From positions 2,080,001-2,144,000 of the forward strand of contig CAXXHB010000003.1 of the NCBI GenBank assembly GCA_963664815.2: 64,000 nt of DNA, in the 5' to 3' direction. The stretch is from Spirochaetota bacterium. Lineage in GTDB: Bacteria > Spirochaetota > UBA4802 > UBA5550. Shown here in pieces: positions 1-10,349 of the stretch; the stretch's first letter is position 1, and each line of letters opens with the position of its first letter. The translations under genes and the position numbers were made by a program. The notes below the pieces were generated by a model. The model saw only the letters and a list, made by a program, of their open reading frames with translations. It made no database searches and was not told the origin of the DNA.

Positions 1-615
1 AAGAGTGAATTGCAGCCTCTTCCGGCAGATCGTTATGAACTCAAGAGATTTAAAAGTCTTACGGTACAATTCAATTATCACATTTATCTGAGTGATGATA
101 GTCATTACTATAGCGTACCATATCGCTATAAAGGACGGAAAGTTGACGTATTCTTCACTGAAAGAGCTGTGGAAGTCTACTCGGGCAATGTAAGGATAGC
201 TTCTCACCTCAGAAACAAGAGAAAAAACGGTTACACGACTGAACGGGTTCATATGCCGGAGTCACACAAATGGGAGGATAACTGGAACCCTGAAAAACTG
301 ACAGATATGGCAAGCGGTAAAGGAGAAGCTGTGGCAACTGTAATAGAGACGGTTCTTGCATCACGTCAGCATCCGGAGCAGAGTTACAAGACATGCCTCG
401 GAATAATCGCCCTTGCAAAAACTTACGGAGAGTCCCGTCTTAACCTCGCTTGTGAGCGGGCAATCTATTATGAAAACTGCACATACAAAATGATCAAAAA
501 CATTCTAAGTAACAACATGGATCAGGCGGGAGAAGAAGACAAATATTCGGAGTTCACTCTGCCTGAGCATGACAATATAAGAGGACGTGAATATTATATG
601 GAGGAATTACGATGA
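1..615 (+). CDS. istA: IS21 transposase, C-terminal part (5' truncated by window)
   Basis: HYYSVPYRY, HMPESH and HDNIRGREYY motifs of IstA C-termini. Confidence 0.9.
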   Translation, partial: KSELQPLPADRYELKRFKSLTVQFNYHIYLSDDSHYYSVPYRYKGRKVDVFFTERAVEVYSGNVRIASHLRNKRKNGYTTERVHMPESHKWEDNWNPEKLTDMASGKGEAVATVIETVLASRQHPEQSYKTCLGIIALAKTYGESRLNLACERAIYYENCTYKMIKNILSNNMDQAGEEDKYSEFTLPEHDNIRGREYYMEELR

Positions 616-1370
616 ACAATCAAGCAACAATAGAGAAGATGCAGGAGATGCGTCTTCATGGAATGCTCAGCTCATTCAGGGAAACATTCTCTACCGGGAT
701 GCAGAATAAATTTACTGCTGATGAAATGGTTGCTCATCTCATCGATGCTGAATGGGACGAGAGGTATAACAGAAAATTTAACACTCTGCTTAAAAGTGCG
801 GACTTCAGATACAAGTCAAGTATCGAAGAGATCGACTATAAGCCGTCAAGAAAAATTGACAGGAATATGATACTCCGATTTTCGACCTGCGACTGGATCA
901 TAAAAGGAGAGAGTATTATCATTACCGGATCAACAGGTGCAGGTAAAAGCTTCATGGCCTGTGCACTCGGTCACAAAGCATGTGTTCTTCGTTATCATGT
1001 TGGATACTATAACTGTATGAAATTGTTTTCACATTTGAAGTATTGTAAAGTTGATGGATCATATTTTAAAGAGATGAATAAAATTAAAAAACAGGATTTG
1101 ATAATTCTTGATGACTTCGGATTGAAGCCCTTTGATTCTGACTCGCGATTAATGCTGCTTGAAATGCTTGAAGATCGCCACGGCACCAGATCAATAATTA
1201 TTAGCTCTCAAATCCCCACAGATATGTGGTTTGATCTTATTGGAGATGCGACTATTGCGGATGCTATCTGTGACAGACTTCTTCATACATCACATAAAAT
1301 TGACATCGGTGGGCCCTCAATGAGAAAGGAAAAAGCAAAAAATTCTGGACGAAACCTGCCACCTGAATAA
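612..1370 (+). CDS. istB: IS21 helper AAA+ ATPase
   Basis: Walker A GSTGAGKS, Walker B LIILDDFG, ADAICDRL motif. Confidence 0.95.
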   Translation: MNNQATIEKMQEMRLHGMLSSFRETFSTGMQNKFTADEMVAHLIDAEWDERYNRKFNTLLKSADFRYKSSIEEIDYKPSRKIDRNMILRFSTCDWIIKGESIIITGSTGAGKSFMACALGHKACVLRYHVGYYNCMKLFSHLKYCKVDGSYFKEMNKIKKQDLIILDDFGLKPFDSDSRLMLLEMLEDRHGTRSIIISSQIPTDMWFDLIGDATIADAICDRLLHTSHKIDIGGPSMRKEKAKNSGRNLPPE

Positions 1371-1588
1371 TGGTGATTTAGAAAATGGAAATGGATTAAA
1401 AATGGTAAACTTAAAACCGGAATAGGTGGCAGGTTTCACCGGAATACATATACTAAAAATGTAAAGCCTGCACCTTCCAATTTAAACTGGTTAAATTAGA
1501 ATTGACATACTTATTTTAATTATCAAAAATTATACATAGATCAATAAAACTAAATCCTGATCAGAAATTTTTAAGGAGAAATTATTTA

Positions 1589-2149
1589 ATGAAAAATTTA
1601 AAAACAATTCTATTCATCCTCACATTAACTGCTGTAACAGCCTGTTCATCGCGATATAATTATATCTTAGACCCGACTCCTCTGGTTAAAGGCAAAACTG
1701 CTTACTCTGTGAAGAGTGTGAAAGTAACAATAGTTCAATCCGGTATTAAACTGAATAAAGATGCAGAGGTTAAAGGCTATTTGTCTGAAGCGGATATGGG
1801 AAAAGCATTTCAGGAAAAAATTATCAATGAATTGAAAAATAATAATATTCTTGAAGCCGGCAAAAATGCCGGGTACAATTTATCTATCACTATTAATTAT
1901 AAAAGAAGTTTTGCCGTTAATTCAAATCAGGTAATACACCCGGATTTTTCATACGAATGGGTAATAGAAAAAGATAATAAATCTATCGCTTCATTCAAAA
2001 GCGGAGCTATGACAATGTCCGGATTAAGTCTTGCGGCGGAATTTGCAAGGACTGGCCGTTCAGATATTAATCCACAGGCTGAATTTGAATATATTGAAAA
2101 GATATCAAAAACTATTGTCGAAAAAGACATTATTGATATCGGAAAATAG
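1589..2149 (+). CDS. Hypothetical lipoprotein
   Basis: RBS AAGGAG. Signal peptide with lipobox-like VTAC. Confidence 0.75.
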   Translation: MKNLKTILFILTLTAVTACSSRYNYILDPTPLVKGKTAYSVKSVKVTIVQSGIKLNKDAEVKGYLSEADMGKAFQEKIINELKNNNILEAGKNAGYNLSITINYKRSFAVNSNQVIHPDFSYEWVIEKDNKSIASFKSGAMTMSGLSLAAEFARTGRSDINPQAEFEYIEKISKTIVEKDIIDIGK

Positions 2150-2173
2150 TTTTATAATTATCATTTATAAATA

Positions 2174-2209
2174 GCCGAAAGCCCGCATTGGATAATACGG
2201 GCTTTCGGT
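2174..2209. terminator. Stem-loop, probable terminator
   Basis: GCCGAAAGCCCG...CGGGCTTTCGGT stem 25 bp after the lipoprotein stop. Confidence 0.7.
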
Positions 2210-2235
2210 ATACTCTCTCTCCTTTGAACCACATC

Positions 2236-2336
2236 GCATAATTGACGTTAAGCTTTCGCTTCGCACATCTCCGGACTCAACGTATCAGAAATTTTGTCCA
2301 GCTCTCCGGCGCCGTCGCTTAACTATGCAATTATTG
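2236..2336. repeat. Spacer element C (attC-like hairpin), copy 1
   Basis: GCATAAT-GTTAAGC ... CCGG...CCGG ... GCTTAAC-ATTATTG imperfect palindrome, homologous to five other copies. Confidence 0.7.
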
Positions 2337-2470
2337 TATGTATTGTATTGTGATATTGTTACATCTCTGTTAAGTCCCTCTGCAGATGTTTCCGGTTTGG
2401 TTATTGTTATTGTTCCTGCTCCTATTGTGGCCAGGTTTGTCTGTCTGTTGTCTGTGTAGCCGTAGTTTAA
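2336..2470 (-). pseudogene. cdiA trunk fragment (LNYGYTDNRQ...SQYNTY)
   Basis: Near-identical to the cdiA trunk at ~20070-20203. Confidence 0.85.
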
Positions 2471-2703
2471 GGGCGTGACACTGACGACCTTAAATATCAT
2501 TTGGCGTAATGTTTTACGCCCCTAAATGTTGTTAATATTTTTTATTATATAATAAATGATTATTTCACATTCGTCAGTTCCGGGCTTTCCGTTTGTATAA
2601 AACGGCCAATCTGTTGATTTCTATTTACTCTTTATTGATTGCCGTTTTATATCGCTGCAATCCCTCACGCGGTGTGCTTTTATATTGTTGGTTTTCAAGG
2701 AAC
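2468..2703. repeat. Spacer element A (inverted REP-like pair + long hairpin), copy 1
   Basis: GGGCGTGACA...TGTTTTACGCCC followed by CGGGCTTTCCG-TATAAAACGGC...GCCGTTTTATA-CGCTGCAATCCCTCACGCG. Confidence 0.85.
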
Positions 2704-2817
2704 TTAAGTCATTAGTTGATAAATTAAAAAAGTACTACTCACAAATTATATTTTCTATAGTTGGACTTTAGCGAAATTCCGTGACTTGTTGTGTTAATTG
2801 ATTCACATTAAAACTTT

Positions 2818-3129
2818 TTATTTTACTTTTATCAAGTTAATTATAGCACTAATCGCCAAATAAGAAAAAAATATTATTAACAACAATGCCAATATGTCTT
2901 CATAATTAGTAAACTTTCGAGAACCCAACATTAAAATTATAATAATTGCAAATAATTTATTATACCATTTTGTTTCAACAATAGGAGCTTTTTCAATTTT
3001 TTCAATTTTTAACAAATCACCTTTTTTTTTTGCATTAAAAAATTTTATAAAAAACAAAATAAGTGTAATAATCATCGAAAAAAATAAAACTACCTCTGAT
3101 ACTAACAATATATTTTTTAAACTAATCAT
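2818..3129 (-). CDS. Putative membrane immunity protein (identical to 30024-30335)
   Basis: Three hydrophobic segments, overlaps the stop of a toxin-tip fragment, same translation as 30024-30335. Confidence 0.75.
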   Translation of the reverse strand: MISLKNILLVSEVVLFFSMIITLILFFIKFFNAKKKGDLLKIEKIEKAPIVETKWYNKLFAIIIILMLGSRKFTNYEDILALLLIIFFSYLAISAIINLIKVK

Positions 3130-3400
3130 TTAACTTGTATCTTTGCACTGACTCAATATACTTTTGCTGTTCAGCTTGTATCAGTGCTTCCGTTCCTTTT
3201 ACAATTTTATAATTATAAACTGGTGTACTAGTAATTGGTTTACTTAATGTAGCTGAAAAATTTGATGTTGAACCACCAGTTTGTATCGAAAAATATTTAT
3301 CTCCAAAATCAATTTCTCCAGGAATATGGTTATATGTAGCACTTAACGAACCAGGATTTCCATTCCCATATCCGAATCCAACAACTCCAGTAACCCACGC
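3122..3400 (-). pseudogene. 3' fragment of the Gly-rich toxin tip at 30328-30606
   Basis: Nucleotide match at offset 27206. Confidence 0.85.
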
Positions 3401-3520
3401 GCCCTATGCTATATGGGGAACTTTCTGTGAAAGTGAACTGAGCTATTGTATGTATCAACATCTGCCTGTACACAATCACATGAAAAAGATTTTTACGGAT
3501 ATCTGGAGAAAGAGATATTT
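3401..3520. repeat. Tail of element C plus degenerate start of element B
   Basis: TATGCTATATGGGGAACTTTCTGTGAAAGTGAACTGA matches the flank after 36832. AACATCTGCCTGTACACAATC at 3457 matches element B. Confidence 0.6.
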
Positions 3521-3664
3521 TTTTTAATATATCAACGAATTTTTTTATACTAACATTTTAATTCCGAATTTATACTCGTATAATCATTAATCAGCGTTCC
3601 TTAATTGGTACACTTCTGTTTAATTTACATTGTTTGTGGCACCGTAAGTAGCAGTATATAATGT

Positions 3665-3976
3665 TTATAATAACTTTCGACTATTTATAATATCATCTAT
3701 AACATTTATACTCCAAAATTTTACTTCTTCAAATGTTGCTTTTAATTCATTATGATGGTAAATAAAAAATTCAATTACATCAAACAAATTATCCTCATAA
3801 TAAAAATCTAACACTACTTCAGAAGTATAACTATTATCATCTGAGTATGTTCTTTTTATTTCTATATTGCCAAATGTCAGACCTACTCTTTTAATTTCTT
3901 CTTTTTTCTGTATCAAGATCTGATTTAGCAAATATATATATTCATTTTCTATATTTAAAATATCTTTATCTTTCAT
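3665..3976 (-). CDS. Putative cytoplasmic immunity protein
   Basis: Small acidic AT-rich ORF overlapping the toxin-tip stop. Confidence 0.7.
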   Translation of the reverse strand: MKDKDILNIENEYIYLLNQILIQKKEEIKRVGLTFGNIEIKRTYSDDNSYTSEVVLDFYYEDNLFDVIEFFIYHHNELKATFEEVKFWSINVIDDIINSRKLL

Positions 3977-4679
3977 CTTTTTTATCTATTTTCGGATATT
4001 CAACCCATTCATCTGGAAAACTTTTTACTGTTCCATATTTTCCAACATAATCTTGTTGTTGATGAATAATTTCACCATCTTTTTCTACTTGGTGAGTTTT
4101 AGAAATAGTAGTACCATTTTCTTTCTCTATTATATGTTTCGAAGTTGCACCATCACCACCTAAACTTTTTCTAACTATTTCTTCTTTTGTGATTATACTT
4201 TCGCTGTTTTTAACAACATCCTCAGTCCCATTAATAGCTTTTTCGATTCCAGCTTTAGCTTCCCTTCCTACTAATCCACTGGATGCAGTTGTCACATCTC
4301 CTAAACTTATATGTTCAGGTATATTGTCAGCTGCTTCCTTAAACACTACACCTAAAGCTAAATTGAATGCCTGCTTCAACGTACTATCAGAATTTCCGGC
4401 ATTTGCAATCGATTCAATCGAACTTTCAGTTAATTTGTCTTTAACTATACGTAATAGTTTTGCATCAGGAGAATTGGAATCAGTATTATCAATCCCCATT
4501 GTATTAACTGTTCCCGAAAGATTGACAACATTATTTGCTATCTCATTTCCCTGCTGTATCTCCGCATCTCTTAAACTTGAATTTACCGCCAGTTGCTTAG
4601 CATAGGCTATCTCCGCCCTTTCCTCCGCAAACCTAACTTTAATTGCATGTGCCGCATCAGGATCAATTTCTTTAAGCAC
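3966..4679 (-). pseudogene. Orphan CdiA-CT, unknown toxin tip (GGDGATSKH...THQVEKDGEIIHQQQD)
   Basis: N-part shares DPDAAHAI...NIPEHISLGD with other modules; unique C-terminus; no secretion domain. Confidence 0.75.
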
Positions 4680-4785
4680 ATAGGGTCACGCGGGGTGTTA
4701 TTATATTGATGGTTTTCAAAGAACTTAAGTTATTAGTGGATAAATCAAAAAGTACTATTTACAAATCCCATTTTCTATAATCGAA
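4680..4785. repeat. Element A tail only
   Basis: TCACGCGGGGTGTTATTATATTGATGGTTTTCAAAGAACTTAAG matches 2665-2760. Confidence 0.65.
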
Positions 4786-4787
4786 CT

Positions 4788-4927
4788 TCCTGCTGCTCTT
4801 CAGGACTCAGTTTTTCTCCGACAGCTTTTTTTAACTCATAATAATCAAGCTTCTCCTGCGCACTTACCGGTTCCCCGTTTTCAACCTTCTTCGCGTACTT
4901 ATCCATTGTCTGGTATGATGATACATT
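4788..4927 (-). pseudogene. Short cdiA fragment (SSYQTMD...EKLSPEEQQ)
   Basis: Matches ~40203-40341. Confidence 0.75.
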
Positions 4928-4940
4928 TAATTTTATTAAT

Positions 4941-5162
4941 TCATCTAATAAAACCTAATTTTATTGTCAGTGTAAAAATTAAAAATAGAAAACTAATAAT
5001 TACTAAAAGTTTTTCAGTAATTTTTATTTCTCTTTCACTAAAGTTAAAACCCATTTTTTTATTCTGATCTAATATTATTTTTTTTGCTATTTTTTTATTA
5101 AAGATAAGTACAATTATAAAAAATATTAATGCTAATATAAAGGATAGATTATTCGTAACCAT
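4941..5162 (-). CDS. Putative 2-TM immunity protein
   Basis: Two hydrophobic helices, directly after the toxin remnant. Confidence 0.65.
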   Translation of the reverse strand: MVTNNLSFILALIFFIIVLIFNKKIAKKIILDQNKKMGFNFSEREIKITEKLLVIISFLFLIFTLTIKLGFIR

Positions 5163-5978
5163 TTATTTTTTACCATAATTAACAGATGGTTTATTTAAAA
5201 TGTTAGTAATAGGATTAAATATATAATATCCAGTTACAGAAACCCCAGCAGGTGCTCCAAATCCAAGTTCTCCAAACTTCCATTATTTTGGAAACTATAA
5301 CCGGTTTGACCAGCTACAACATTCTGTGCTTGCAAACCAACATTAAATCCGCTACTTGCTTCTGAGGTTGAAATAGTTAAAGCACCACTAACACCGGGTG
5401 TTACCAAACCTACGCCTAAATATGGATATAGATTACCATTATTACTTAAAATTTAACCACCAGTTATACCTCCAATATATCCACCAGAAATATTTAAATC
5501 TATATATCCATTTTTAGAAGATGATATTATTTTCTTACTATAAGTTGTATTTTCTGTATCACCTCCCATTTCAAGAGGATAAGCCAATTCCGGTCTATTT
5601 TCAAAAGCCTGTAATGGTTTAACAATCAATTCTCCCGAAGATAAAACATTGATTAAATTTCCATCTTCACTTATAATGCTGAATCCCTTCAATGATCTTA
5701 CATCTTCAATTCCATTCTTTTCTAAATCCACATTATATTCTTCAAGTTACATCTGAATCTTTATTAAGCCCAAACTCCCCGACGTCAATCAGGTTACCAG
5801 TCTTTTCTATTGTTGTTTCAATTTCCTTATCTACCTTCTTCGCTGTTTTCTCTGCTTCAGTTAATCCACTTTCCAATGCATCTACTGTATCATATATAGT
5901 CTTTTCCCTGTCTTTTATCAGTGCTACTGTTGCGGTATCTACCGTAACTCCGCTTTTCAGTCCTCCGCTGTATGTATT
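5163..5978 (-). pseudogene. Disrupted orphan CdiA-CT with Gly-rich tip
   Basis: Trunk match NTYSGGLK...EKTG. The Gly-rich frame continues past the TAA at 5453 (ILSNNGNLYPYLGVGLVTPG...), with further frame breaks. Confidence 0.7.
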
Positions 5979-6099
5979 AACATCTGCCTGCGCACAATCC
6001 TGCAATAGCGATTTTTCCGGTATATAACAGAAAAAAATTACTTTCAAAGATCAATAATTAACTGATTCAGAGTTATAGAACAGATCAATAAAATGTCAA
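5979..6099 (-). promoter_or_regulatory. Spacer element B with sigma70 promoter TTGACA-N16-TATAAC (6099-6072)
   Basis: Repeated ~120-bp element; hexamers read directly on the minus strand. Confidence 0.7.
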
Positions 6100-6111
6100 C
6101 ATGTCCACTCA

Positions 6112-6212
6112 ACATAATTATTTCTGGACGTTCACTACGCACATCGCCGGACTTATCGAACCAGAAACTTTATACATCCACCGGCGACGTCGGTCTAGCT
6201 ACTCAATTATGC
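6112..6212. repeat. Element C (attC-like), copy 2
   Basis: ACATAAT...CGCCGG...CCGGCG...ATTATGC. Confidence 0.7.
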
Positions 6213-6241
6213 AACATGGGGAGTTATTAATTATAGATCGA

Positions 6242-6562
6242 TCAATAAAACTTATAAACAATACCTATAATAAACCAGTAAAATAGGTAACCACATAAAC
6301 TGATAAAGAATATTAAAAAATGATCTACTTTTCGTTTTTCATTCAGTAAGACCAACCCGACAGTTAGACCAAAAATAAAAAATCGCCACTTCACCGCGAC
6401 GAAAAAAGAGACTACAGGATAGGATTGAAGATTGTATATTTGAAAATAATCTTCAAGCCACCATTTATAAGCGAAACTTAAATGAAACGCAACTATGGCA
6501 AAATAGCTGAACAACAATACTAAAGTTAAGATAATTGTTAATGATTTATTTATTCTATCCAT
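6242..6562 (-). CDS. Membrane protein, probable orphan immunity
   Basis: Hydrophobic, AT-rich, inside the array. Confidence 0.6.
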   Translation of the reverse strand: MDRINKSLTIILTLVLLFSYFAIVAFHLSFAYKWWLEDYFQIYNLQSYPVVSFFVAVKWRFFIFGLTVGLVLLNEKRKVDHFLIFFISLCGYLFYWFIIGIVYKFY

Positions 6563-6584
6563 AATTCTCTTTGTTGCTGTTTTT

Positions 6585-6998
6585 TTAATTATACACCAAA
6601 TAAGGACGGAATATAACTGTTAAAAATACACCGGACATTAATATTGCGTTTATCCAAAAATGTAATTTAAAATGATTAATCACTATACTCTTCTCATGCA
6701 AAATAACGAGTAGTATATACATTATTAACAATATAAGACCTATATGGTCTGTTGAACACCACCGAGAACTAAAATATTGTATTTTTTCATAAGTACTTCC
6801 GGGGTATATTAATTCATAGTATTTATTTTTAAAAAAATAAGGCAACATAATGTAATCAAATAAATCAAAACAATCAATAATTATCACTGATATATAAATA
6901 ATAATTGGTGATATTTTAAACAGTCTTACTAAATTATTCACTATCGTACTTCCAATCTTTTTGGCTTGCTTTGTCATAATATGGATACGGACGACCAT
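6585..6998 (-). CDS. Membrane protein, probable orphan immunity (start uncertain)
   Basis: Hydrophobic ORF; only ~20 bp of cdiA trunk remains upstream (7020-7040). Confidence 0.55.
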   Translation of the reverse strand: MVVRIHIMTKQAKKIGSTIVNNLVRLFKISPIIIYISVIIIDCFDLFDYIMLPYFFKNKYYELIYPGSTYEKIQYFSSRWCSTDHIGLILLIMYILLVILHEKSIVINHFKLHFWINAILMSGVFLTVIFRPYLVYN

Positions 6999-7039
6999 TA
7001 TTTTTATCTTGAATACTGTTATCTGTGTAGCCGTAGTTT

Positions 7040-7270
7040 ATGGGCGTGACACTGACGATCTTGAATATCATTTGTCGTAATGCATTACGCCTTTTCATGT
7101 TGTTATTATTTATAATAAATAAATGTTTATTTCACATTCGTCAGGTCCGGGCTTTCCGCTTGTATAAAACGGCCAATCTGTTGATTTTCATTTAACTATT
7201 TATTGATTGCCGTTTTATATCGCTGCAATCCCTCACGCGGTGTGACATTAAATTGTTGGTTTTTAAGGAA
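7040..7270. repeat. Element A, copy 2
   Basis: Same REP-like pair and hairpin as 2468-2703. Confidence 0.85.
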
Positions 7271-7403
7271 CTGAATTAAATGCTTATAAATAATAACAGA
7301 GAATATAAATAAAATTAAATCTTTCGTACAATATAATCGAATTCCAAACTTGTGCATCAGGAAATATTTATTTAAATTTACTTAATGTTTATATATAATT
7401 AAA

Positions 7404-7994
7404 TCAAATTAACTCAACCTCTTCAAAAGAGTACCCCGTAAATCTATTATCTTCAAATATTTTTTTAAATTTTCCCGATACAAAATATCTTAGATCATAA
7501 TCTTTTAAACGAATAATATCAAAATTTTCCAATTTATCTTTATTCAATACAAATTTTTTAACACCTGATATTTTACCTCTTACATTAGCGTTTGGAAAAT
7601 CATTACTGAATCTATCATATTCTGATTTTTTATAATCTAATGCTTCAATAAAATTAAGTAAATTTACAATGCAGAAACCATCTATAATGGAATTATCAGA
7701 TTTCATAACATTTATTTTCAAATATTGTATACCAGTAGTATTACTATTTTTTAAAACATTTATTAATTTTTCAGAATAAATTGGAATACCAAGATAATTT
7801 TGTAAAACATCATCTGGATCTCCATCATTTTTTTTCTTTTTCGATTGAAATATTATTGATTCATTCCAATTTTTAATTTCCTCTCCTTTTATAAAATCCC
7901 ATTTAGAAAAATTATACTTTTCTAAATTTGAATAATCACAAACTAAAGGATTTTTTACAGTATTATCGCATTCATACAGTTTAAACCATTTCAT
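7404..7994 (-). CDS. Imm11 (DUF1629)-like immunity protein
   Basis: PIYSEKL, GIQYLKINV and FVSGKFKKIFEDNRFTGYSF pattern; this family commonly follows AHH nucleases. Start placed at MKWFK. Confidence 0.75.
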   Translation of the reverse strand: MKWFKLYECDNTVKNPLVCDYSNLEKYNFSKWDFIKGEEIKNWNESIIFQSKKKKNDGDPDDVLQNYLGIPIYSEKLINVLKNSNTTGIQYLKINVMKSDNSIIDGFCIVNLLNFIEALDYKKSEYDRFSNDFPNANVRGKISGVKKFVLNKDKLENFDIIRLKDYDLRYFVSGKFKKIFEDNRFTGYSFEEVELI

Positions 7995-7995
7995 A

Positions 7996-8595
7996 CTATT
8001 TAATCCCACCTTTATATGGTATTCTCGGATTATTGATTAATTCTGTTTTCAAATCTATTAAAACTTGTTTTAACGCTTTGTTTGCATCATCTCCAGACAA
8101 TCCTCTTGTAGCATTATCTAATTTATCGAGTACATATTCTTTATATTTAACTGTGTGTCCACCAGAATGATTTTCTAAAAATACTTTATTTGCATCATCA
8201 TCTAAAGTCATACCTGCATTATTAAAAATATTTTCGAATTGTTCTATATATCCACTTTTTATTGCTTTATCTGATGCAATATGGTGGATTTCTCCCTTAA
8301 CAATTTTTTCAACTCCACTTTCTATTTCATTAGCATGCTCAGCAATCTCCTCAGACCCTTTTACTGCAAGTTTTTCTATACTACTTGCATGCTCAATTAC
8401 TTCTTCTCCTATTTCTTCAACTACTTTCCCCGTCCCTCCAATTGGTATAATAGGGAGAATAATAGCAGCGGCAGCAAAGCCTTTTTCTGTATCTGTTACT
8501 TCCTCACCATACTGATTTTTACCTGTAGCTAAAGTGTTAGCACCTATCACAGCTCCAAATAAAACATCATCTACACCACCGCAAATTGCCTGAGC
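7996..8595 (-). pseudogene. Orphan CdiA-CT: PT-TG-like pre-toxin segment + AHH/HNH nuclease
   Basis: IHHIAS...N.VFL..HSGGH..Y motif. LATGKNQYGEE segment shared with the 39340-46251 cdiA. Confidence 0.8.
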
Positions 8596-8632
8596 GCGGG
8601 ATGATTCTCAACAAAATTTGCATTACCTTGAT

Positions 8633-9337
8633 TTATCTCGTCACATTTTTTTCAAATGATACTTTTAATTGATTCAAATATGAAGGAGGTCCTAACCGTG
8701 GCACAACTCCATTCCCTTCAGTGGTACCCAATTCATTTGCTTTCTCTGTACCAGCACTTAAATAATCCGCATTTGAATCATTCCAGCTGTTGATTTTAAA
8801 ATCTGGTGACGATGTAGTTGAATCTGTTGAAGCTGTTTCCGAAAACCTGTTCCATAAATTTCCTGCCTGCTCTCCACGTGAAGATGCAAGTGTAAGCTGC
8901 TGTCCTGCATCAAGGTCCAGCCCATTAGTAGTGTTATCCTTCCTCTGGGCTTCCCAGAAGAGTGATGTAATAATATCTCCACCCTTTGATATATCTGTTC
9001 CTTCGGTATTCAGATATGTTTCATTATTATTCTGGTCATATGCTGCTGCATATCCATTCATCGCGTTATCTGTTTCATCACCCTGATACAGATTTACATG
9101 AGATATTTTATCATCCTTAACTCCATCGCTGCTCTGAACAGTTTCAGAAACCTTATTAACCGCTTCTTTTAATGATGCCGCATCTTTATCAAGTGCATTA
9201 TCGAGTTTTTCAGCTAAAGCCTTGTTCTCTGCCAGGGCTGCTATTGTTAATACATCCTTACGGGCATTAATTACAGCCTCGAGTGTACCCGCGAATCCAA
9301 GACCTTCTTTAGCTTTGGCAGTTTCTGTTGCCTCTTC
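8633..9337 (-). pseudogene. Orphan type-B trunk truncated just after GVVPR (no toxin tip)
   Basis: Near-identical to 12868-13505, then stops. Confidence 0.75.
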
Positions 9338-9459
9338 AACATCTGCCCGTATACAATCCTGAGAAAACGGTTTTTCACTGTATATAATATAAAAAAATTA
9401 CTTTCAAAGATCAATAATTAACTGATTCAGAATTATAGAACAGATCAATAAAATATCAA
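9338..9459 (-). promoter_or_regulatory. Element B with TTGATA-N16-TATAAT (9459-9432)
   Basis: Repeat copy. Confidence 0.7.
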
Positions 9460-9471
9460 TATGTCAACTCA

Positions 9472-9570
9472 ACATAATTATTGCCAGATGTTCACTACAC
9501 ACTTCGCCGACTCGATGTATCAGAAACTTTATCCAACCACCGGCGACGTAATCAAGCTACTCAATTATTG
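9472..9570. repeat. Element C (attC-like), copy 3
   Basis: ACATAAT...ATTATTG with internal CGCCG/CGGCG stem. Confidence 0.65.
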
Positions 9571-9644
9571 CAAAATGAGAAACTTTTCTGGAATTGTTTT
9601 CCATTACTCACCCAGTGTTGAAGAATTTTTTTGTTCAATATTTA

Positions 9645-10253
9645 CTATAAGTTGTTACTCTTTTTATTTTTCCAGAATATGTATCTAAATATTGGATTTT
9701 CGCCATTTTCATTGAGAGAGATATCAAATATAGATTTGATTAATCTTGAATCAATATCTTTTTTCCCCGTACTAATATTTACATTTAGTGTAAAAGGTAT
9801 ACTATCAACTTCAAAATCATAATATATATCAATGGCCCCGCCATCAACTTTAATTTTAGCAGGTTTATTAATGTCTACATTTTTAAGAATATTTCCTTTA
9901 TAAAAATTAAGAAATTCATGAAATGTTTTGTTAAGTTTACCTTTATCCGACTTAATTACAAAATAAGTTTCTCCCCATCCTTTTTCTAAAAGATTGTTTT
10001 TATAACAATAATCAAGAAATTCCTTATATGAAATATCACCTGAATTTCCTTGGAATATCGGAATCATTAACCGCTTCCCGTTCTTTTCATAAATAAGATT
10101 AGAGAATTTTATTATAAATTCAGATTTACTAAATTCCTGTACATCGCCCTTTTTTATTTTATCATTTGTTTCACTTACGGCATTCATATAATTACAGTTT
10201 AAAATTATAATCATACATATTAAACAGACAATTCTATTTGTTTTTAATTCCAT
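9645..10253 (-). CDS. Putative exported/lipoprotein immunity protein
   Basis: RBS AAGGAG, N-terminal hydrophobic stretch with Cys. Confidence 0.65.
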   Translation of the reverse strand: MELKTNRIVCLICMIIILNCNYMNAVSETNDKIKKGDVQEFSKSEFIIKFSNLIYEKNGKRLMIPIFQGNSGDISYKEFLDYCYKNNLLEKGWGETYFVIKSDKGKLNKTFHEFLNFYKGNILKNVDINKPAKIKVDGGAIDIYYDFEVDSIPFTLNVNISTGKKDIDSRLIKSIFDISLNENGENPIFRYIFWKNKKSNNL

Positions 10254-10349
10254 TTCTACTTCACTCCTTATTTTTTATTTGCAGCTATATTACTATTTTT
10301 CTTTATAGGTAAATAACTTGAAACAGGTATAATCTCTTTTGTTACTTTT

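Larger units (their letters stand above)
1..1448 (+). mobile_element. IS21-family element, right part (left end outside window)
   Basis: istA 3' end overlapping istB (ATGA). Repeated CCGGAATA motifs near the end, terminating in CA at ~1448, typical of IS21 ends. Confidence 0.9.

Noticed and set aside
6101-9688. Plus-strand MSTQHNY ORFs (6101, 9461)
   Set aside because: They run through element C, and the frame is not conserved among copies.
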